A stretch of DNA of 64,000 bases, from assembly GCA_964106915.2 (NCBI GenBank), contig OZ066915.1; one strand, written 5' to 3'. Shown here one piece after another: positions 1 through 12,540 of the stretch (positions are counted from its first letter, which is position 1; each line of letters starts with the position of its first letter). This DNA comes from Podarcis gaigeae (Eukaryota). Under the pieces are notes generated by a model that saw only the letters and a list, made by a program, of their open reading frames with translations, did not search any database and had not been told where the DNA came from. The translations under genes and the position numbers were made by a program.

Positions 1-1826
1 TCCCATCAAATGCTGGACCGTATCTATCAGGCTCACAGTTCTAACTGCCACTTTCTTTGGTATTGCTTGAACCATCACAAGAGCTGCAGTCTGCACTAAC
101 AAAGGAATCCTCCTAGGCACACATTGATTTGGGTGTACGTGGTTCTGATCTCAGTGGGACTTTTAAGTAAAGATGCATAAGAGCAGAGCTGTTTTGCGAT
201 GGCCTGAGCCAGTTAAGTTCCACTAAATTCAGTGCTACTTCTTTCTACTTTTACAGAAGGGTCACCAGTGAAAATGTCCTCAAATCTAAGGAGTTGTATA
301 GAAATAAACAATTTTAAAGCAAAAGATGTTGCTGCATTTGTTTGATTCTCACAGGGCATTGTACACATTACAAACACATACCCTTTACATGTGTTGCGTT
401 TCTTGGATGGAAAACACCACAATAAATCAGAAGGACATTCATTACTGTTGTACACTGTGAGCTGTTTCTTCTGCTCTAGATATAAAATGGGCAGTTAAAG
501 GACCATTTGGGTCCCAACTTGCTGCAGAGGTATAGCTGACTCACATGAAGCCAATTATTATTAAAAAGAGCTGAACGCTGTAATCCCTGCACATGGAGAT
601 GGGAATAAGTCCCTAGACACTATCTCTTGTTTTAGGAGTTCAAATCAGTACACTTCAAAAAGCTTCCTCTTGACAATTCTCCTTCTGTGGTTGTTTTCTT
701 GTGGCATAGATGCCAAGATGCTTGGATGCTTAGAGAGAAAAAACAAGGGTGCATTATTTGTAATCAAGGTTCTAAACACTGAATGGGGGGGGGGGGGTTT
801 GACACAAATCTTCAGGCATTCAAATGGGTAACAACATATAGCTTTTTGCAACCAGTAAGCCTTGGTTACTTCTTACAGAAGGAACAAATATTAGATGCCA
901 CTTTAGTGATATTACAAATGCAATAAGAAATTAGTGACATGCTAAAACCGGGGTTTGCTCGTTTTTTAATGTACTCAACCAACATGTCTTTTCCACTAGG
1001 TGTCCCCTATGTACCAGTTTTGAAGAGGGAATAGTGAGGGTTGAATGCTTTGTTTGTTCCAACCAATCAATCAAACTTCAGTCCTTACACTTAGGATATG
1101 CCATTTGTAATTTAATTGGGACATTCCTTTCAGGTAGGGGGCAAGCTATTTTTGATGCAACTCAGATAAAAGTAAATACTATGTCCTGACTCCTAATCCA
1201 CTTAGCAAACAGCAGTACACACACAGCAATAATGTGTTGGAGAATGGGGAAATACACTACCTGGCAGGGAGTTCATTGACTCTTTCAGATGGAGATGTTA
1301 CAAGCGGAAAGTTATTCCAGATTAGGCCTCTGTGAAATAAGCCAGTAATCCTATTCACTGTACAATTGTTTCATAGACTGTGCACTCAGCAGTGTACCAG
1401 CTTATACTAGAAAACTTTTTGCTAGAGGTGTCAGTTACCCAGACTCCATTTTATGCCGTACATGTATTTTAGGGTTTGTTCAGAAGGCAGCTTCCCCTAT
1501 AACTGGTTTAGGGACACAACGTGAGAAAGCAATTGTAAGGAAAGGTATCAGCTGGAATAGCACTGGCCCTATCATGAGGTGGAGTGGTGAGAGCCAAGGT
1601 TCACATTGCATTAAATGTGTAGTTTACAGCTACATCTAGTTTTTCTTTATTCTGTTATAGATGTGGAGGGGCACAAGGAATGGGGGTTATCCCTTCCCTC
1701 CCTGGCTGCAATCTGATGAAACATTGTCCCCCACCAATGCAGGTATGAGAATGGGAGAGCTCCACTTGGCACCAACTTTTTGCCATTGTGTTTTTAACTG
1801 TTATTTAACAGCACACAAGATGCTGA

Positions 1827-1971
1827 GGGCTGGAATAGCTCAGTTGGTAGAGCATGAGACTCTTAATCTCGGGGTTGTGGGTTCAAACCCTATGTTGGGC
1901 AAAAAGATTCATGCATTGCATGAACTAGATGGCCCTTGTGGTCCCTTCCAACTCTGCAGTTCTATGATTCT
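1827..1971 (+). mobile_element. tRNA-Lys-derived SINE with CR1-type 3' tail
   Basis: tRNA-like head TAGCTCAGTTGGTAGAGCATGAGACTCTTAATCTC...GGTTCAAACCC, then the CR1 tail GGTCCCTTCCAACTCT...TTCTATGATTC. Confidence 0.8.
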
Positions 1972-3488
1972 TTGCCCACTTACCTGGGAGTAAGCCCAAC
2001 TGCACACAGTGGGCCTACCTTCTGAGTAAACATGCACAGCAGGGGTGAAGAATCTCAGCCCTGGGGGCCAGATGCAACCCCCCCAGTCCTCTTGATTTGA
2101 CTCATGGGATTCCCTTCACCTCATACACTCTCTCTCAAGTAACAATCCTCTCCATCTCTTCTTTGCACCCTCCTTGAGTGTTTTTGCCTGGCTGGAATGT
2201 GCCCTTGGAATGTGTCCCCAATCTGTGATGATGCCTTTCACTTGCATGGATGGAGGATAAAGAGGTAGGTGTGTGTGTGTATAAACTAGCTTACTGCACA
2301 AAGGTAAAATTTACATGTGTGGCTCCACATACAATGTCAGGAGGTGTCAGGGGCAGAGCCAAACGCAGCGCCAGCATGCCTGACAGCTCCCCTTGCTGCT
2401 GCTGCTGCTGCTGCTCCTGCCACTGCCATTGGGGGACCCACCCCGCCCCACAAAAATATGGGGGGGGGGCAAAACAGTTTGGCCCCTAGGACATGGCACC
2501 CCTCATAAGGGGAAAGAGGAAGGAACATGGGCCCTCAGCCCTACAAATCACCCTAGGTTATGTACAAACCAACCTAATGGCCTAATGATGTTTTCCTGGC
2601 TAAAATAAGAATAGCCACGTATATTCCACATACATAACTAAGAGGTGTGGGCCCTGTTTTACACCCACACCTCTTTATTCCTGGGTATCGTGCTTTTGTC
2701 TAGCTGGTGTCCAACTAGGTGAGGTTTACCTGAACACAGATTTTGAGGCAAGGAATGCCTGCTTCATTTCCTTTTGTGACATTGCATTCTTTTCTTTCCT
2801 CTGCTTGTTCTCAAGCCCCTGGGGGAGGGACTTTCTGGTTACTATCTGACCATAAGCATCAGAGTGTTTGACTAGGGAAAGGGTGAGGACAGGACTGGAA
2901 CAGGGAAGCAGGAGCTACTGTTGTGCTACTGGCCGGAGTTTTTTCATTTCTGGCCAAAGCATTATATCTCCTGAGAAGAAACCAGGCTGTTACTCCAGAG
3001 AAGCATGAGGAGGGAGGGGAGTGATTAAAGCACCACATATTTCGTCCTCCTTAAAGAAACACTCTGGAGGATAAAAGGTGAAGAGCCAAATTCTTGCCAG
3101 ACAGGAGCCCAGCAACAAAGTCACAGCTGGAAGAGGAGGAGAAGGAGGGTTAGAAAAGAGCGGAAATTAGCTGCCCCACGGCTGGCCTCTTACGAGCCAC
3201 ACAGAGAAGTTGCTGAACTACTAGGGCAGAAGGGGGCCCACTATGCTCCTAATAACTCTGCCAAAAATCCTGGATTTTCAGAGGGGGAGATCCACGCTTG
3301 AGATTTCCCCCCTTCTGCCATCTATATATGCCAGGCTGTCACAACTGCCACGAATGTGGTGGCTATGATAATTATCATATATCAGTCTAACACAATATAA
3401 TCTTTTGAATCATGCTTCACATGTCACACCAACGCCATCTGTGAACATTTCATAGTTCTGGGCTATTGCAACATAGTATACAGAGCCA

Positions 3489-3847
3489 GGGAACACGGGT
3501 GGCACTGTGGGTTAAACCACAGAGCCTAGGACTTGGCGATCAGAAGGTCGGCGGTTCAAATCCCCGTGATGGGGTGAGCTCCCGTTGCTTGGTCCCTGCT
3601 CCTGCCAACCTACCAGTTCGAAAGCACCTCAAAGTGCAAGTAGATAAATAGGTACCACTCCGGAGGGAAGGTAAATGGCGTTTCTGTGTGCTGCTCTGGT
3701 TCGCCAGAAGCAGCTTAGTCATGCTGGCCACATGACCCGGAAGCTGTACGCCGGCTCCCTCGCTCGGCCAGTAAAGCGAGATGAGCGCTGCAACCCAGAG
3801 TCGGTCACAACTGGACCTAATGGTCAGGGGTCCCTTTACCTTTACCT
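3489..3847 (+). mobile_element. Full-length Sauria SINE
   Basis: Typical head GGGTGGCACTGTGGGTTAAACC, body GTAGATAAATAGGTACC and (TTTACC)n tail. 12-bp TSD TATACAGAGCCA at 3477-3488 and 3848-3859. Confidence 0.9.
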
Positions 3848-4017
3848 TATACAGAGCCAACCCAATACATTTTGCTGCCTGAGGCAAAGGACAAAATGGC
3901 ACCTCCACCATTCCATTTACAAAAGGCAACCAGGCTGTTGACATGTTGACACTTGTGGCAAGACACCGTCCTCTGCTGAGGGCATCAATCTCATTTTTTA
4001 ATTTCAGAATTTATACA

Positions 4018-4447
4018 AACATAAGAAGAGCCTTCTGGATCAGGCCAGCAGGCCTCCAAGTCCAGCTTCCTGTTCTTATAGTGACCAACCAGACACCAAG
4101 AAAAGCCTGCAAGCAGGACTTTTGCACAACAGCACTCTTCCCCTTCCATAGTTTCCAGAAACTGGTATTCAGAAGCATTCTGCCTCTGACAGTGAAGGTG
4201 AAATATAGCCATCAGGGTTAGCTGCCCCTGATAGCCTTATCCCCCATGAATTTCTCTAATCCTTTTTTTAAAAGCTATCCAAGTTGGTGGCCATCACTGC
4301 CTCTTGTGGGAGCGGATTCCATAGTTGCGCTCTGTGAAGAAGTACTTTCTTTTGTTCTGAATGGTCCAACATTCCATTTCAATGGATGTCCTTGAGTTCT
4401 AGTGTTATGAGGGAGGGGGAGCATTTCTCTATTCACTTTTTCCACAC
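4018..4447 (-). mobile_element. CR1 LINE 3' fragment (degenerate)
   Basis: AACATAAGAAGAGCC..CTGGATCAGGCC terminus and GTGAAGAAGTACTTTCTTTTG are typical of reverse-oriented reptile CR1 3' ends. Confidence 0.6.
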
Positions 4448-4572
4448 TGTCTCTGCAATCGGACAGAGTATACCTGAGTAATGTACAGACACAGAATATA
4501 AAATGTAATACAGATCATAAAACTGTATTGAACCAAGAATGAAAAGCTGCAGAAATAAAATATATTTAAATC

Positions 4573-4621
<49 letters not shown>
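4573..4621. repeat. (TAA)16 microsatellite, tail of the adjacent L2
   Basis: Direct reading. Confidence 0.95.
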
Positions 4622-6165
4622 TTATTTATACCCTGCCCTCCCCAGCCAAGACTGGACTCAGGGTGGCTAACACCAAATATAAAAACAATTTAATTGAAAT
4701 ACAGCTTAAAAAACAAGATTAAAATACATTAAAACATTAAAATACAACCTCATTTCAGTGGAACGCAATCAAAAACATTTTGGGGGATAAAAACATCAAG
4801 TCTTCACCATGGCTAACTATCCAGACTGGTCCTACATGGGCCAGAAAAAAGCCAGGGAAGTCCCCAAATAGGAGTTCCAACATAGAAGGAGAAAGGAAAA
4901 AATAAAGAGGGGGAGGGAATTAAATTGATTCCAAGCCAAAGGCCAGGTGGAACAACTCTGTCTTACAGGCCCTGCAGAAAGAAATCAGATCCTGCAGAGC
5001 CCTGGTCTCATGAGACAGAGCGTTCCGCCAGGCTGGAGCCAGTGTTGAAAAGGCCCTGGCTCTGGTTGAGGCTAATCTGACATCCTTTAGGGTGTTGCTA
5101 TTTATGGACCTTAAGGTCCTCCATGGGGCATATCGGGAGAGGCGGTCCCATACGTATGAGGGTCCAAAGCCGTGAAGGGCTTTAAAGGTCAAAACCAGCA
5201 CCTTAAATTCGACCCTGTACTCCACCGGGAGCCAGTGCAGCTGGAAAAGCACTAGGTGAATATGCTCCCATGGCAGAGACCCTGTGAGGAACCTCGCTGC
5301 AGCATTCTGCACCCGCTGGAGTTTCTGGGACAGCTTCAAGGGCAGCCCCGGGTAGAGCGAATTACAATAGTCAAGCCTGGAGGTGACCGTCGCATGGATC
5401 ACTGTGGCCAAGTCGGAGCGGGAGAGGTAAGGGACCAACTGCTTGATGCAGCTAAGCTGGAAAAATGCCGTCTTGGCTGTTGCTGTAATCTGCGGCTCCT
5501 TGGAAAGGGAGGCGTCAAGGATTACACCCAAACTCTTAACAGAAGGCACCGGCACTAATTGGGCCCCCGCAAGAGAAGGGAGTTGATCCCTCATCCCCAT
5601 GCCATCCTGACCCAGCCAGAGGAACTCTGTCTTTGAATGATTTAGTTTCAATCGCCTCCCACGAAACCATCCAGCCACAGCTTCCAAGCATCTGGTCAGT
5701 GTGTCCAGGGCTGAGTTGGTGTGGCCATCCATTAGCAGATAGAGCTGAGTGTCATCAGCATATTGATGGCAACCCAGTCCAAAGCTTCGGACAATCTGGG
5801 CAAGGGGGCGCATAAAGATGTTAAAAAGTATCGGGGAGAGGATTGCGCCCTGTGGCACTCCACACACCAAGGAGTGGCGCGACAACATTTCCCTCCCTAG
5901 TGCCACCCTCTGTCCCCGACCAGAGATAAAGGAGCACAGCCATTTTCAGGCTATGCCCTATATCCCTACGTCGGCAAGGAGGTGGTCCAGAAGATCATGA
6001 TCAACCATGTTAAAGGCTACTGACAAATCTAAGAGAATCAGCAGTACCAACCCGCCTCAATCCAGTTGTCTACAGAGCTGCCTTGGTCCCAAAACCAGGA
6101 CAGAACCCGGACTGAAATGGATCTAAAGCCAATGTTTCCTCCAGAAACCTACCAAGCTGTTCAGC
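4622..6165 (-). mobile_element. L2-clade LINE, 5'-truncated, with RT ORF remnant
   Basis: ORF 4920-5906 has GVPQGAILSPILFNIFM, QYADDTQLY, SRLDYCNSLY and LHWLPV. The L2-like 3' end GTTAGCCACCCTGAGTCC...GGGTATAAATAAA is followed by (TTA)n. Confidence 0.9.
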
Positions 6166-6166
6166 A

Positions 6167-6484
6167 GCCGATTGAAAGGTCGGCGGTTCGAATCCCTGCA
6201 GCGGGGAGCGCTCCCGCTGCTCGGTCCCAGCGCCTGCCAACCTAGCAGTTCGAAAGCACCTCCGGGTGCAAGTAGATAAATAGGTACCGCTTACCAGCGG
6301 GAAGGTAAACGGCGTTTCCGTGTGCGTCTCTGGCTCGCCAGAGCAGCGATGTCACGCTGGCCACGTGACCCGGAAGTGTCTCCGGACAGGGCTGGCCCCT
6401 GGCCTCTTGAGTGAGATGGGCGCACAACCCCAGAGTCTGTCAAGACTGGCCCGTACGGGCAGGGGTACCTTTACCTTTACCTTT
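6167..6484 (+). mobile_element. Sauria SINE, 5'-truncated
   Basis: AAGGTCGGCGGTTCGAATCCC...GTAGATAAATAGGTACC...(TTTACC)n. Confidence 0.88.
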
Positions 6485-6539
6485 AAAGGATCCAGTGAAG
6501 TTTTCTTTAAGAGCTGACACACTACTGCTTCCTTCTGCT

Positions 6540-7115
6540 CCCCTGGGAATAAACAAGGAATATTCGGTGTTATGTTGGAGGGGATGTCAGGAAACAGGGA
6601 ATTATGTTCACATGTGGTGGGGGTGTAAATATGTTCAATTTTTCTGGCAAAGGGTGTTTAAGGAGATAACAAAAATCACTGAGTTAAAGCTGACCGAAAG
6701 TCCAGAGGTAGCATTATTATCAATTTACAATGTGGTGGAAGGTTCACACACTATGAAGGACTTGCTCACAAATTTATTGACAGCTGCACAAATTATGATA
6801 GCTAGGAAGTGGAAGGGGCAAGCAGAATATAAAATGGAAGAATGGTATAAAGAGGTGTGGGATATAGCTATTAGTGATAAATTAACATGTGCCATTAAGG
6901 TAAGACAAGGAATACACAGAAGAAATGATTTTGAGGAGATATGGGAAGTGTTAGTAGAATATGTAAAATGGAAAGGGGTCAAACCAACTCAAGAGGGGTT
7001 GAAATTTTGGGAGGCTGGATAGTTACAATGGAATGGTCTCGGTGGTGGGGTGCACATTTTTATTCTTACTTATTTATTATTATTACTTTGTCAAAATAAA
7101 AAATAAAAGGGGGGG
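6540..7115 (+). mobile_element. L1/Tx1-clade LINE 3' fragment
   Basis: CWRGCQETGNYVHMWWGC..VQFFWQ is the Cys/His C-terminal (zf-RVT-like) region of ORF2. A related copy lies at 60665-61105. Confidence 0.8.
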
Positions 7116-7267
7116 GAATAGATAACTGGGGAGACTTACAAGAAAAGCTATCAACTGATGTCGAAAACATAACAGCTCTGGGGCTTCCTTCACCAGAATT
7201 CCAGAGAACTGTTGCCACAGCATCTTGGGTCTGAACTGTTTGCTTCATATTCAGTTTGATCCCAGTA

Positions 7268-7509
7268 CAGTGGTACCTCGGGTTACATACGCTTCAGGTT
7301 ACATATGCTTCAGGTTACAGACTCCGCTAACCCAGAAATAGTGCTTCAGGTTAAGCACTTTGCTTCAGGATGAGAACAGAAATTGTGCTCTGGCGGTGCG
7401 GCGGCAGCAGGAGGCCCCATTAGCTAAAGTGGTGCTTCAGGTTAAGAACAGTTTCAGGTTAAGAACGGACCTCCGGAACGAATTAAGTACTTAACCCGAT
7501 TTACCACAG
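7268..7509. mobile_element. Tc1/mariner (Tigger-like) MITE
   Basis: TIR CAGTGGTACCTCGGGTTA, TA TSDs at 7266-7267 and 7510-7511. Related copies at 12299 and 24766. Confidence 0.85.
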
Positions 7510-8967
7510 TATGTCCACTTCTCCTCCTTGTTGCTGCTGTCCCTATTTGCTCTCATGACTACCTTTCTCCCTCTAAGCAATGGTGAGGATTGGGCTCAGA
7601 GGAAGAGGAACAGTGGCTTCGTGCAGGCCACCAATGGGCACAAGGAGAAGATAAGCCCACTGAGAAAGTCTTGCTCAGGGAGACCCTTTCAGAACATGTT
7701 ACCACCTTGACAGCATCCAGAGCCTATGGCCTTGTCCACACCCATAGCACTTCACAAATATTGGTAGGACCCTCTCTGCCAACATAGTTTGGAGGGTCCG
7801 AGGTTTTCAGAGGGCCATAAACACTCCACTGTGACACACCCCAATGATCTCAAGGGAAACACAATGGAGCCTAGAGGATGTGGATTCAGAATATGTCCTC
7901 TTTATATAAAAGCAACAACAATATCTATTTAAAGCAGAAACATTTCTCTAGAACCAGGCTTTTTAACATTCTCTGGCCTTTTAAAAGGTGCTTGCAGGAG
8001 AGGGTCTATTGGTTTGTTTTATTGTGAATTTTGTCTTTTCATTTTGTATGTTTATGTTGTGAACTGCCAGGAGATCTTTCAATGAAGTGTGAGATACAAA
8101 TTTAATTATAATTTTATTCATTAGGCTCTATGTTTTTAAAGGGAATATGAAAGTAGGGTGGAGCTTTTCAGTTCCTTTCACAGCATGAAGCGAATAAATT
8201 TGTTAGACCACCAGACAGCCTTACGGAGAGCCCAAAGCATACTTCATACTGTTTCAGAGAGCCAAGGAAGGGCATGCCTGATGAATATCTATTAGGTTGT
8301 GCCTGTACTTCTTTGGTTCTCATTCAAAGAGCAGCGGTTTCATTGCCACCATGAGAAGTGAATTGTAGGCAAGTGTATTTGCATGCCACCACGTCTATAC
8401 AACGACTAGGGAACCTGTTTGTCAGTACTGTTTGGCCAAAAGGCACTGCGTTGTGCAAGAAAGAAAATAATATCGTTGGGATGTTTACTGAGACTCATGT
8501 CATTTGTGGGAGATGCTGTCTTCAGATCAGGATTGCGTGTGACGAATCCCCCAGGTTCACATGTTGTCGGAGGACAAGGGGGCCTTTCTGGCTGACTCAT
8601 TCACTTTGATCTTATTGTGTGGCTAAAAATAGCCACAGTCATTTGATCCTCACATTTGGGATCCTATTTTGCTGCAAAATGAAATAATTACAGCGGCAAG
8701 ATTTAATCAAGATAATTAGTAGATCAACTAAAGCGTATAATCACAGATTGAGAATTTCCCCCAGTTAATTGACACAGCTGAGGTTGATGGGCACACAATG
8801 GTGAAGGCTCCGCTGATATGTCACCGTATTCCACTTTGTTGTGAGAAATAGGGTGATGCAGAAATTGAAAGATGCTTTCTTTGCCTTCCGTTCCTATCCA
8901 AAGCTAGCAGACGCTTCGTATTTCAAGATGAAACCATAGCAGTTTATATCTGAAGCTGGCAATATTT

Positions 8968-9459
8968 TGTTGTTGCTGTTGTTTAGTCGTGTCCAACTCT
9001 TCGTGACCCCATGGACCAGAGCACGCCAGGCACTCCTGTCTTCCACTGCCTCCCGCAGTTTGAACAAAAAAAATTCCTTCCAGTAGCACCTTAAAGACCA
9101 ACTAAGTATGATATGTATGTGTGGTGTGCTATGCCTAATAAAGGATTTTGATTTGATTTGACCAACTAAGTTAGTTCTTGGTTCCCGCAGTTTGGTCAAA
9201 CTCATGCTGGTAGCTTCGAGAACACTGTCCAACCATCTCGTCCTCTGTCGTCCCCTTCTCCTTGTGCCCTCCATCTTTCCCAACATCAGGGTCTTTTCCA
9301 GGGAGTTCTCTCTTCTCATGAGGTGGCCAAAGTATTGGAGCCTCAGCTTCACGATCTGTCCTTCCAGTGAGCACTCAGGGCTGATTTCCTTAAGAATGGA
9401 GAGGTTTGATCTTCTTGCAGTCCATGGGACTCTCAAGAGTCTCCTCCAACACCATAATT
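8968..9459 (-). mobile_element. RTE-BovB LINE 3' fragment with nested insertions
   Basis: ELWCWRRLLRVPWTARRSN...LEKTLMLGK.EG.RRRGRQR.RWLD, (CAA)n tail, TSD CAATATTT at 8960-8967 and 9460-9467. Confidence 0.92.
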
Positions 9460-12298
9460 CAATATTTACCGGTAGATGAAACCAATGTTCACAAGTCATT
9501 TAGATCTGGGTCTTCCACAATACAGGTCCTGTTCTCTTCCTGTCCTACTAGCACCTAGAGCCTTTTTCTATCTCCCAACCTGTATGCTTGCCATTTTCTA
9601 CCTCAGCTCTGCACCTGGTCCAGGGCCTGATCAAGACATTTTTCTGCCTGAGACGTTGTAAACTTAGGGCATTTTTGCTTACACAGCTTATACAGCAGTA
9701 CCTTCGTTAATTGTCTTCTAACTTGTGGAAACCTAAATTGACCAGCATGCTCATTTGCTTTGCAAATGCCTCTTCCTCTTTTTGCATTAACAATGATTGG
9801 GCTTGACAAATAGGAGGGAGAGAAGCTCAAGAACTATTTAAGCCTCACGTGGCTTAACATAAAATCACAAAACCTTCATTATTTGGCTGCAAGCAAGGAC
9901 ACATCAGTCTCCCTGCAATCCCCCCTCCTTGCGTGACCTCATGACGCCTCCCCAGTGATACAAAGCGTGAGAACAGGCGGCCTGAGAGCCCACTATGCCA
10001 TTTTCCCATCTCCTCTCCCCTCCCCTCATGCAATCTAATCTTATCCATCTCACCTGGGTCATCATCTTTTAGGGCAATTACTCTTTACCCAGAAAATCAT
10101 GAGCTCAAGGTTTTCAAAACATTGGAAAATTTCAGTTCTTCTCTCCCATGTGGACAATAACAGCATCCCTGATTTAAGGGAGGGAAGAGAAACAAGGCTC
10201 AGAGTTCAAAAGCCTCACCAATATAATACAGAGTTTTATCCTTCTTGTTATGATAAATACTAGATCATCCTTCGCCAGCCTGGTACCCACTAAATGTTTT
10301 GGATTACAACTTGCAATAGAATGGGAAATACAGGTGTTTATTGAACACTGGGGTTTACGTGCATTGGAGTTGTACTGTTTCTATTGCTGGTCCTCCAGAC
10401 TATCATGGAGAAGTGGATAGAGCTGTCAAAACATCTAACTTACAGAATCATATAATTGTAGAGTTGGAAATGGACCCTGGGGGTCATCTAGTCCAAACCC
10501 CTGCAATGTAGAAATCTCAACTAAAGCATCTCTTTAAAGAACCTCTTATGGCATCTCTATTGTCCCAACTTGATTCCACCAGTAAACTGCTGTGCAGTGG
10601 GAAATAATCCTGACAGCAGCCCACCAGCCCACATTAAAGTCCACACAGACAACTCACTTGTTTTTTTGGTTTTTTGTTTGTTTATTTGTTTGTTTTGGAG
10701 AAAGTAGACAGAAGGAACTTTTTCTCCCTCTCTTTTTTATAATTTTTGCAATTTACAATTGTCAAACAACCAAAACAAAAAATGGTCAACTTGTTTGGGT
10801 AAAAGGATAATGATTGGTTGCACATTTATTTACTGCAGTGTGATATCTGTATGCAATTTCCTCAGGTTTTTCCAGCTCCTGCCCTGCACAACCTGAGAGT
10901 ATGGCCAGATCATTCATAAATTGCGAACGGATCTAAGCAGCTCCTCATCATATTCTGATACAATGGAGCAAAGTGACCTTTGGATATTTATACACTCTTC
11001 CTTGTTAATGTGTCTCGTGGCGAAAGCTGCCGCAGCAAAGCACTACCTCCTGCAAACCAAGCAAATGAGGCATGCATGCCTCACAGATTCCTGTAGCCGA
11101 ATTCCTGCAGTGACCCTCTATTGCACACTTACCCTTTGTTGGCTTTGCTAGTGAGCAGAGGAAAAGACACTTGTTCACAGAGACCCCTCTTCAACCCTCT
11201 GCCTTAGAACAGGAGTGGGAACCAGTGGCTCTTCAGATGTTGTTGTATTCCAACTCCTGTCAGCCCCAGCCAGTATGACCAATGGCCAGGAATGATGGAA
11301 ATTGCACTCTGGCACCATGTGGACGACCATAAGTTTCACAAGTTGTGACATCTCACCCTTCAAACCCTGCATGAACTAAAAATGCCACTTCGCCGTTTTC
11401 CTTCTGTATTCTCCATTGCTAATTACCCCGATAGCAAATGTTGGTAAATGTGTTTTGAGTGCCTGCTATTCTGTCAGAAATACAAGCAGATCCACCTCAA
11501 GATTAAACATTCTTAAGAAAGTGTATGCATTTAAAGAAAGTTCCTTTGGAAGCTGGTGAAGGTCAGGCTGTATTGCAGATTAAATAAACACAGCATAAAC
11601 CATGAGCAGAGAAGTGCCTTCAACAACGTGTAATGCAGTGTGGGCTCAAGCAATAATCCTTGAAGTGAGAATGCCAACACACACAAGTGTTTCTATTTTT
11701 CATCTTTGAAATCCTGAAGGGCAGATGTTAATACATCCATGCTGAGTATATAATAATGTACCAGAACCCTTTTTGCGGGGGGTGGAAAGAGAGGAACCAT
11801 CAGCAAGCAGACCTTTGCACCTTGAGTTTTCCTCAACCTCAAGATGGGCAGTTCCAAAGAAAGTCCATCTTTCACACAAATTATCACATTTCATCTCTCT
11901 TTTGTTCTGGCATTCTAAATGTAACACTCCTTTGGATCAGAGGGCGGGAGGGGGGGCTCCATGCGGAAGACCATTTGTCCTTTATGAAGGGTCTTCCCAC
12001 CTACAAATGTAGTGATGGACAGTGAAGTCGGGTCACATTTTGGAAGTGGAGAAAATATTTTCCTGGGACTGGTGGTGAAAAATACTGTTCCAGAATTAAC
12101 ATTCACCAAAATTCAGCACTACAGTAATTCATCTGTCGGATCAAAGGGTTTCCCCCCTCTCCCCCTAGGAACTAATCCTGAAGGGGCATCCAGTAGATAG
12201 CTAACGGTTCTCACCATAGAACTGCTGAAAGGGGCTACACCACAAACACAGAGTACAGACAGATTTAATGCATTCTTATTGTTTTAACTTTGCATTTA

Positions 12299-12540
12299 CA
12301 GTGGTACCTCGGGTTAAGAACTTAATTCGTTCCGGAGGTCCATCCTTAACCTGAAACTGTTCTTAACCTGAGGTACCATTTTAGCTAATGGGGCCTTGCA
12401 CTGCCGCCGCACCACCACTGCACAATTTCTATTCTCATCCTGAGGTAAAGTTCTTAACCTGAGGTACTACTTCCGGGTTAGCGGAGTCTGTAACCTGAAG
12501 CGTCTGTAACCTGAAACGTTTGTAACCCGAGGTACCACTG
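12299..12540. mobile_element. Tc1/mariner (Tigger-like) MITE, opposite orientation to the 7268 copy
   Basis: CAGTGGTACCTCGGGTTA...TAACCCGAGGTACCACTG flanked by TA. Confidence 0.88.

Noticed and set aside
1261-1329. Possible 69-nt minus-strand exon (GLIWNNFPLVTSPSERVNELPA), with exon-like pieces at ~382-477 and 1-113
   Set aside because: Weak donor, phases do not chain convincingly and no recognisable homology.
1835-1900. tRNA-Lys gene
   Set aside because: The acceptor stem is degenerate and the sequence runs into a CR1-type tail. A sibling lies at 23793, so this is a SINE head.
2393-2608. Poly-Leu signal-peptide-like ORF
   Set aside because: Produced by a (GCT)n tract within repeat-like DNA.
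6411-7022. 203-aa ORF as a host gene
   Set aside because: Read-through from a Sauria SINE into an L1 ORF2 remnant.
7268-7509. CRISPR-like iterated CTTCAGGTTA repeats
   Set aside because: Internal subterminal repeats of a eukaryotic MITE.
8894-9499. 201-aa ORF as a host gene
   Set aside because: BovB RT C-terminus made chimeric by in-frame nested insertions.
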